Sequence record: MK234886
Strand: one strand, 5' to 3'
Source: Escherichia phage AnYang
Length of the DNA: 64,000 nt
Position numbers and translations under genes: made by a program. The notes beneath the pieces are model-generated. The model had not been told where the DNA came from and did no database searches. It saw nothing but the letters and a program-made list of their open reading frames with translations. Shown here in pieces: positions 56,418-64,000 of this stretch (positions within the stretch are counted from its first letter, which is position 1; each line of letters opens with the position of its first letter).

Positions 56418-57082
56418 TGACTTTAACAGAAATGAAAAGCGGGTTAAAATCCCGCCTTGCCGACTTTTTAGAATTTTCTTTTACAACTAATCAACCTGCC
56501 GCAGTGGCAGGTCAACGCCCTATTGGTGGTCCATCGGCAAACCAAACCCAAAAAGGCGTTTATTATCCTACAGTCCAAAGTGCTATTGATGATATTGCTT
56601 TCCGTGCAGAACTTCCTGTCAATGCGGTGGTAACTACTACTGAAAACAGAGCACCTGGCTTTATTCAACAATCAGATAAATTAACTTTCTCCGGCTCCAT
56701 TTCTTCCGGTGGCGAATTAGGCGATACGGTTATTATTAAGGTATTCGGTTTGCCTGTTGAAGTTATTGTAGGTGATTCTTCGGTCCTGGTTGCTTCTAAA
56801 GTTAACGATGCTTTTATAAGCGCTATTGCCGATAGTTATATTTTGGCAGAAACGTCTATTGACCCTCTAGACCAGTCTACTTTAAACATTAAATATAACG
56901 ACTACCAAAACCATATTTTTGAGCCATTTAAACAAGCAGGATGCACCATTTCTCAGACCATAGTTCAAGAGCCTCGTGCAGGTTATGGATACTGGGAATA
57001 TTTAGGTTCTACTACAGAATCTATGACAGGTGGAACCGTAAATGGAACAACAACCTTATATCACTATAAGCGAGTAAGTTAA
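56417..57082 (+). CDS. 11: baseplate wedge protein gp11
   Basis: 221 aa; synteny. Confidence 0.85.
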   Translation: MTLTEMKSGLKSRLADFLEFSFTTNQPAAVAGQRPIGGPSANQTQKGVYYPTVQSAIDDIAFRAELPVNAVVTTTENRAPGFIQQSDKLTFSGSISSGGELGDTVIIKVFGLPVEVIVGDSSVLVASKVNDAFISAIADSYILAETSIDPLDQSTLNIKYNDYQNHIFEPFKQAGCTISQTIVQEPRAGYGYWEYLGSTTESMTGGTVNGTTTLYHYKRVS

Positions 57083-58614
57083 TGTCTACAAATACACTAA
57101 AACACATAAGTGATAAATCAGAATTTAAAACATTCGACCCTACCGGGTCGAATTTTGACCCCTCTATTACTAATGTCCAGGATGCATTGGCGTCTATTTC
57201 CGCTATAGGTGTTACAGGTAATATACCTTCGGCTTCTGAAACAGAACAGGGTATTATTAGATTAGCGACCCAACAAGAAGTTATTGATGGTACTGATACT
57301 TTCTCTGCGGTAACTCCGGCCACTTTAAAAGGTCGTTTAGATATTCCTACTCAAGCAACAGAAACTTATGTGGGTATCACCCGTTATGCCACTAATGCTG
57401 AAGCCATTGCCGGAACAGAAACCCAGGCTGCAATCGTAGCATCGTCTTTGAAAGCTACTATAGATTATACATTCACCAATCGTTTAGCCACAGAGAACAC
57501 TACAGGCGTACTCAAGATTTCAACCCTGCCTGCTGCTCTAGCAGGTACAGACGATACGACGGCAATGACACCTCTGAAAACCGCTCAGGCAATTGGTGCC
57601 GCTACATCCGCATTACCGACTTATGCCAGTGCTACTCAAACTACTGAGGGTATTGTTAGAATCGCAACAAATGCTGAAGTGGCAAATGGTACATTGACCA
57701 ACGGTGTAGCGATTTCTCCTTCCGGGTTAAAATCTTTAACTTCTACCCAAGGACGAGCAGGTATTATTAGATTAGCCACCCCGCAAGAAGCTTCTGCCGG
57801 CAGCGATTCCAATATAGCTTTATCTCCTTCAACTCTTCTTTCTCGTACTGGCACTACCGGAAGGTTGGGTGTTGTTAAATTATCGACTACGGTCGGTTCT
57901 GGTGATGGTAATACGGCATTGGCATATAATGCTAACGTTATTTCTACCACAGGTGGCACCATTAATGGTACTTTAAACGTTAATGGTACTTTACGTCGCA
58001 ATGGGCGTGATGTTGTTACTATCGACCAATTAAAAGATTCTGTCCCTATCGGTACTATTGTTATGTGGGGAGGCCAGATTAATAATATTCCTGCGGGTTG
58101 GGCTGTTTGTGATGGCGGTAACTCCGGTGAACAAGGATTCCGAAATGTAGTTGGTAGTAAATGGGGTTCAACCGGAGCACGTCCTGACTTCCGTGGATTA
58201 TATCCTAGAGGCGCAAACCAGACTAATGATGGTGGATTAAAAGAATGGGACGCTAACGTCAGAATTAGAGATGCTAAAGGTAATGATGCTAAAGGTAAAC
58301 CTAAATTAGGTGTAGGCTGTGGTTCATATGGTCACGGCACTGTACAAGCCCAGCAACTTCGTTTCCATAAACACGCCGGCGGCTTTGGTGAACACGACAA
58401 TGCGGGTGCATTTGGTAATACCGTTCGTTCTAATTTTGCCGGCACTCGTAAAGGCCTGGACTGGGATAACCGTTCTTACTTTACAAACGAAGGATACGAA
58501 ATTGATGGTTCAGGTTCACGAGATTCAAGAACTACTCTAAACAGTGAAGGGTTAATTGGTAACGAAAACCGTCCTTGGACTATGTCCATCCTATTCATTA
58601 TTAAAGTTGCTTAA
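57082..58614 (+). CDS. 12: short tail fiber gp12
   Basis: 510 aa; N-terminal tandem repeats (GIIRLATQQE..., GITRYATNAE..., GIVRIATNAE...); His-rich C-terminal head. Confidence 0.88.
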   Translation: MSTNTLKHISDKSEFKTFDPTGSNFDPSITNVQDALASISAIGVTGNIPSASETEQGIIRLATQQEVIDGTDTFSAVTPATLKGRLDIPTQATETYVGITRYATNAEAIAGTETQAAIVASSLKATIDYTFTNRLATENTTGVLKISTLPAALAGTDDTTAMTPLKTAQAIGAATSALPTYASATQTTEGIVRIATNAEVANGTLTNGVAISPSGLKSLTSTQGRAGIIRLATPQEASAGSDSNIALSPSTLLSRTGTTGRLGVVKLSTTVGSGDGNTALAYNANVISTTGGTINGTLNVNGTLRRNGRDVVTIDQLKDSVPIGTIVMWGGQINNIPAGWAVCDGGNSGEQGFRNVVGSKWGSTGARPDFRGLYPRGANQTNDGGLKEWDANVRIRDAKGNDAKGKPKLGVGCGSYGHGTVQAQQLRFHKHAGGFGEHDNAGAFGNTVRSNFAGTRKGLDWDNRSYFTNEGYEIDGSGSRDSRTTLNSEGLIGNENRPWTMSILFIIKVA

Positions 58615-58624
58615 GGAAATAAAA

Positions 58625-60169
58625 ATGATTGACAAACTGAGTATTAAAGAACTTCCGTTTGTCGATGGTGTACCCGATGCATCCCAAGAGCGTATCCGTT
58701 GGATACGCAATGGAGAATGTATTGAAGGAGCCACGACTAAATACGGTCACGACGGTAATTTGAATGCCCCTGCTTTAGGAGTACAAACCAACGTAGTTAG
58801 ATTAGAAGAAAACAGTATAGCTTCTAAAGACAAAATTAACGAGCTTGTGGATAACGTTAATTTGATTAATGAAGCCCTAGATATTTCTACTGATACAGGT
58901 GTTATTCAGCAAATTGAAAAGAACCGTGTCGATATACTGGCTGTGGATGAAAAGGCTTCCGAAACTAAACAAGAATTAGGTGACTTAACCGTTAATTTTA
59001 ATTTTTTAGAAGAAGATGTAGGTTATTATGACCCTTCTTTAGACGGCCCGTATCTCACTGTCAGAGAAAATATAAATCTTCTTAAATCTGAAATAGGTCA
59101 TTATGCGAACCAGGATATAAACAGCCAACCGCTTCCTCCAGGTGAAACTTCTGAAGCCACCGGCATGAAACGTCGCATTATGGATAATACCAGTGCTATT
59201 GTCGACCATTCACAACGTATAGATACCCTTGAAAAGAATTACGAAGATTCTGATGTAGGGCAGCTTGGGCTTAAGATTAACGAAATTCGTGAAGAACTTG
59301 GCCCTCATATCGATACCATAGGTAAACAACCGGCGTATACCAGGATTTCCACTCTTGAAACTGCTGCTGTAAGCTTTAACGAATCAATAGATTCTATCAA
59401 AACCAGTATAGGTTTTAATAAAGGCCCTATTGATACAAGAGTAACCACGCTGGAAACTAAAACTTCCACTTTAGAAAACACTGTTAATAACGGTTTGACC
59501 CCTAGAGTTACTGCAGTGGAAACCGCTATCGGTGCAGCAGATACCCCTACTTCTATTAACGGTAGATTAGGTGGCTTACGTACTGATGTTAACGAACTAA
59601 AAACTATAGTAGGTGCTAGTTCATCCGAAGGGCTTCGTTTCCAGATTTCTGATATTGACCGTAAAATTGGTGCCGATGTAAGTCCGGCTGCAGGAACAAT
59701 TAATAAACGTCTGAATGACCTTACGACTCAAGGTAATACTTCAGCCTCTACTATTCAGGACTTGCAGGCCGAAATTGGTAATAACCAAACGGGTATTAAA
59801 GGGTCTATTCTTAAAATTACCAACCAAATTGAAGGAACAAACCCTAACGGTAGTACTGTAGAAGAACGAGGGTTAATAAACTCTGTTAAAGGCCTTGAAG
59901 CTCAAATGCCTACTAAATTGGGTGACGCCCCTGCTGATGGTAAATTATACGGACGCAAAGATGCGGCTTGGGCTGAAATCCTTGGCACTACAGAAATTGA
60001 TACAGTCAAAGCTTCTTTATTGGTGGCTGAAGGTAAAATCACTGCACTAGAAACTGAGTTGGCTAAACGCCCTCCTGTTGCTCCTGTGGCTGACGGACTT
60101 CCGTATGTTCTGGTTAATAACGCATGGGTACTATTGTCAGATTTTGTGACTTTAAACCCAGCACCATAA
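58625..60169 (+). CDS. wac: fibritin (whisker) wac
   Basis: start at MIDKLSIKEL after gp12 stop; coiled-coil segments; C-terminal foldon-like DGKLYGRKDAAW motif plus extension. Confidence 0.8.
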   Translation: MIDKLSIKELPFVDGVPDASQERIRWIRNGECIEGATTKYGHDGNLNAPALGVQTNVVRLEENSIASKDKINELVDNVNLINEALDISTDTGVIQQIEKNRVDILAVDEKASETKQELGDLTVNFNFLEEDVGYYDPSLDGPYLTVRENINLLKSEIGHYANQDINSQPLPPGETSEATGMKRRIMDNTSAIVDHSQRIDTLEKNYEDSDVGQLGLKINEIREELGPHIDTIGKQPAYTRISTLETAAVSFNESIDSIKTSIGFNKGPIDTRVTTLETKTSTLENTVNNGLTPRVTAVETAIGAADTPTSINGRLGGLRTDVNELKTIVGASSSEGLRFQISDIDRKIGADVSPAAGTINKRLNDLTTQGNTSASTIQDLQAEIGNNQTGIKGSILKITNQIEGTNPNGSTVEERGLINSVKGLEAQMPTKLGDAPADGKLYGRKDAAWAEILGTTEIDTVKASLLVAEGKITALETELAKRPPVAPVADGLPYVLVNNAWVLLSDFVTLNPAP

Positions 60170-60174
60170 TAAAA

Positions 60175-60203
60175 GGGCTTCGGCCCTTTTTTTGCTATAA
60201 ATA
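60175..60203 (+). promoter_or_regulatory. rho-independent terminator followed by late promoter TATAAATA
   Basis: GGGC-TTCG-GCCC plus T7, then TATAAATA at 60196-60203 upstream of gene 13. Confidence 0.65.
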
Positions 60204-60224
60204 CGGTTATTAGAGGAATAAAAC

Positions 60225-61157
60225 ATGGCAAGCGAATCATTTAACCCTAAGCAACTCAAGGACGCTATCCTGCGCCGCCTGGGTGCGCCGATTACAAATA
60301 TTGAAGTAACTACAGACCAAGTATACGATTGCATCCAGCGGGCCCTAGAGCTCTACGGTGAGTATCATTATAACGGGTATAACAAAGGTTATCAGGCTTT
60401 TTATATCGGTCATGATGATGAAGAAAAATTCCGTAATGGAGTGTTTGACCTTAAAGGACGTAATATATTTGCAGTGACACAAATTTTGAGAACTAACGTG
60501 GGTTCTTTAACATCTATGGACGGGCAAGCAACTTATCCATGGTTTACTGATTTTGTATTAGGCTTAGCAGGTATTAATGGCGGGTTAGGGTCTTCGTGTA
60601 ACAGTTTTGGACCTAATGCCTTCGGCGCCGACCTTGGTTATTTTACCCAGTTAATGCAATATCGTTCTATGATGCAGGACCTTTTGGTTCCACTACCTGA
60701 TTATTGGTATAACGACGCCACCGAACAGTTGAAGGTAATGGGTAACTTTGTTAAAGGCGATTTTATTGTAATTGAAGTTTATACTCGCTCTTTTAATGGA
60801 GTGGATTCTATGGTAGGAAATACTGTAGGATATGGTTATGCTTCAGCTTGTGGTGAAGATGCATGGAGCCCGGGTGCTGTTTGGGATAACCCGTCACGTC
60901 GTATTTCTGGTATGCGTGTAGGTGAGGACCTTGGTCTTCAAGATGGTGCATATAATAACCGTTGGGTTAAAGATTATGCTACTGCATTGGTTAAAGAAGT
61001 CAATGGTAATATTTTGGCCAAACACCAAGGCATGCAACTTGCAGGTGGAACCACTGTAGATGGTATTCGATTGATTGAAGAGGCTCGTTTAGAAAAAGAA
61101 CGTCTTCGTGAAGAATTAGATTTGCTCGACCCACCAACACCTATTTTAATTGGATAA
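60225..61157 (+). CDS. 13: neck protein gp13
   Basis: 310 aa; synteny. Confidence 0.85.
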   Translation: MASESFNPKQLKDAILRRLGAPITNIEVTTDQVYDCIQRALELYGEYHYNGYNKGYQAFYIGHDDEEKFRNGVFDLKGRNIFAVTQILRTNVGSLTSMDGQATYPWFTDFVLGLAGINGGLGSSCNSFGPNAFGADLGYFTQLMQYRSMMQDLLVPLPDYWYNDATEQLKVMGNFVKGDFIVIEVYTRSFNGVDSMVGNTVGYGYASACGEDAWSPGAVWDNPSRRISGMRVGEDLGLQDGAYNNRWVKDYATALVKEVNGNILAKHQGMQLAGGTTVDGIRLIEEARLEKERLREELDLLDPPTPILIG

Positions 61158-61159
61158 TT

Positions 61160-61933
61160 ATGGCTACTTTCGATTCGAGTTTATTCGCTAAGCTAGAAGA
61201 TAATACTGGCTATGCTAATACGAACGAAACTGAAATAATGAACCCTTTCGTCAACTTTTACAAGCATGAGAATACCCAAACATTGGCTGATGCTTTAGTT
61301 GCTGAGTCTATCCAGATGCGTGGTATTGAGCTTTATTATATACCACGTGAATATGTTAAACCGGACCAGCTATTTGGCGAAGACCTTCAGAACAAATTTA
61401 CTAAAGCCTGGAAGTTTGCAGGATATTTGGATTCCTTTGAAGGTTATTCAGGTGACAATACTTATTTCAGTAAGTTCGGTATGATGGTTAATGATGAAGT
61501 AACAATCACAATTAACCCTAACCTTTTTAAACATCAATGCAATGGCACTGAACCCGTTTCAGGCGACTTGATTTATTTCCCAATGGACAACAGCCTATTT
61601 GAAATTAACTGGGTTCAACCTTACGACCCGTTCTATCAAGTGGGTGCTAACGTCCAGCGTCGAATCACTGCTACCAAGTTCATTTACAACGGTGAAGAAC
61701 TTCGTCCTGAATTACAGAGAAATGAAGGTATTAATATTCCTGAGTTTAGTGAGCTTGATTTAATGCCTGTTAAGAATATCGACGGATTAGCTGATATCTC
61801 CGACATTCAATACGAAGAGGTCAATGAGATTAATGCTGAAGCGGCGGAATTCGTACATCCTTATGTTGTAATTAATGGACGAGGAGAAGATGCTCCTCCT
61901 ACAGCATTTGATGATGCTTTTTTAGATGATTAA
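61160..61933 (+). CDS. 14: neck protein gp14
   Basis: 257 aa; synteny. Confidence 0.85.
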   Translation: MATFDSSLFAKLEDNTGYANTNETEIMNPFVNFYKHENTQTLADALVAESIQMRGIELYYIPREYVKPDQLFGEDLQNKFTKAWKFAGYLDSFEGYSGDNTYFSKFGMMVNDEVTITINPNLFKHQCNGTEPVSGDLIYFPMDNSLFEINWVQPYDPFYQVGANVQRRITATKFIYNGEELRPELQRNEGINIPEFSELDLMPVKNIDGLADISDIQYEEVNEINAEAAEFVHPYVVINGRGEDAPPTAFDDAFLDD

Positions 61934-61940
61934 ATAATAC

Positions 61941-61959
61941 ATGGCGCATGGTGCGCCAT
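61941..61959 (+). promoter_or_regulatory. intergenic hairpin ATGGCGCA-TGG-TGCGCCAT
   Basis: 8 bp inverted repeat between gene 14 stop and gene 15 SD. Confidence 0.35.
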
Positions 61960-61971
61960 TTAGGAGGTTTG

Positions 61972-62834
61972 ATGTTTGGACATTGGTATAATAGTTCGCT
62001 ACGTCGCTATATTGTTTTGATGGGTGATTTATTTTCCCATGTTCAAGTAGCACGTCAAAGAGAAGATACAGGGCTTAAATTTATTAAAGTTCCTATCACG
62101 TATGCTTCTAAAGAAAGATTTATGGCAAATTTGGGTAAATGGACTGCTGTTCAAAATATTCCAAACCCTAATATGTCTCCTAAAGAACGAGCTGAACAAA
62201 AAGCTAAAGTGGAAACAGTTCTTCCACGTATGAACCTTCAAATGGTCGATATGCTTTATAACTCACAATACAAAACAGCTCTTCAGAACAGAACCCAAAT
62301 TCAATTTGAGAATGGTGACCCGAGAAAACGAGTTAGCCAATATTCTCCTACTCCGGTTAAAATGATTTTCGAACTGGGTATTTACACTAGAACCCAAGAT
62401 GATATGTTCCAAATTGTGGAACAGATTATGCCTTATTTCCAACCTCATTTTAATACAACAATCACTGAACTCTATACAAACGAGATTAAATTTGACCGCG
62501 ATATTCGTATTGTGTTCCAGTCTATTGCAATGGACGAACAATTAGAAGGTGATACCACTTCACGTCGTCGTTTAGAATGGTCTATGATGTTTGAGGTTAA
62601 CGGGTGGTTATATCCTCCTGTGAAAGAAATGGAAGGCGAAATTAAAACCATTTATCTTGATTTCTTTGCTAACTCAAAGGAACTCGCTCCTGAAGGTAAT
62701 TTCGAATCGGTTGATAGCGAAGTGGTTCCGAGAGGTGTAGAACAAACAGAATGGGACGGAAGTTCCGTTCAAACATATTCACAAGATATTCCAGTGCCTG
62801 TCGAGCCAGCGCCTCCAGCCCCAAGGAGAAACCC

Positions 62835-62838
<4 letters not shown>
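61972..62838 (+). CDS. 15: tail sheath stabiliser / tail terminator gp15
   Basis: start at [13 protein letters not shown] with GGAGG SD (T4 gp15 begins MFGYFYNSSFRRY as recalled). Confidence 0.88.

Positions 62839-64000
<1,162 letters not shown>

Noticed and set aside
57082-58614. Internal repeats in gp12 considered as a repeat element or mobile DNA
   Set aside because: They are protein-level tandem repeats typical of the short tail fibre N-terminal domain, not a nucleotide repeat array; no CRISPR arrays, transposases or integrases were seen anywhere in the window.

Overview
This window is a T4-like (Tevenvirinae) phage genome segment. Positions 1-44400 are a densely packed minus-strand early/middle region: the replication and recombination core (gp45 clamp, gp46/gp47 Rad50/Mre11-like nuclease, gp55 late sigma factor, EndoVII gp49, NrdC, Tk, RegB, DenV, lysozyme e, NudE), a reduced tRNA cluster (2 tRNAs flanking a GIY-YIG SegB-like gene), then 57B (the 2H phosphoesterase reported as anti-CBASS Acb1), 57A, and genes 1, 3, 2, 4. 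Positions 44400-64000 are the plus-strand late baseplate/tail block, genes 53, 5, 5.1, 5.4, 6-12, wac, 13-16 and the start of 17. Between the conserved genes lie hyperplastic accessory islands punctuated by repeated T4-type early promoter/stem-loop cassettes (GTTTAC -35, TAtAAT-like -10) and late promoters (TATAAATA). The most notable content is: (i) eight genes carrying the T4 internal-protein capsid-targeting leader MKTY(Q/N/K)EF(I/L)(A/T/N)E, six with no obvious T4 counterpart; (ii) a tandem array of five small paralogous genes that all end in a G-x-W-[VFY]-[SP]-S-S-x(1-2)-Cys-COOH motif; (iii) a collagen-like (G-x-y repeat) gene on the opposite strand with its own late promoter, inserted between an AAA ATPase and a Pol-beta-type nucleotidyltransferase; (iv) a macro-domain protein and a second nucleotidyltransferase-like protein. 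Identifications rest on motifs and on my recollection of T4 proteins and gene order; no database search was run. Coordinates of short regulatory motifs are approximate (about +/-2 nt), and several CDS starts were moved from the ORF-track start to an internal ATG with a Shine-Dalgarno.
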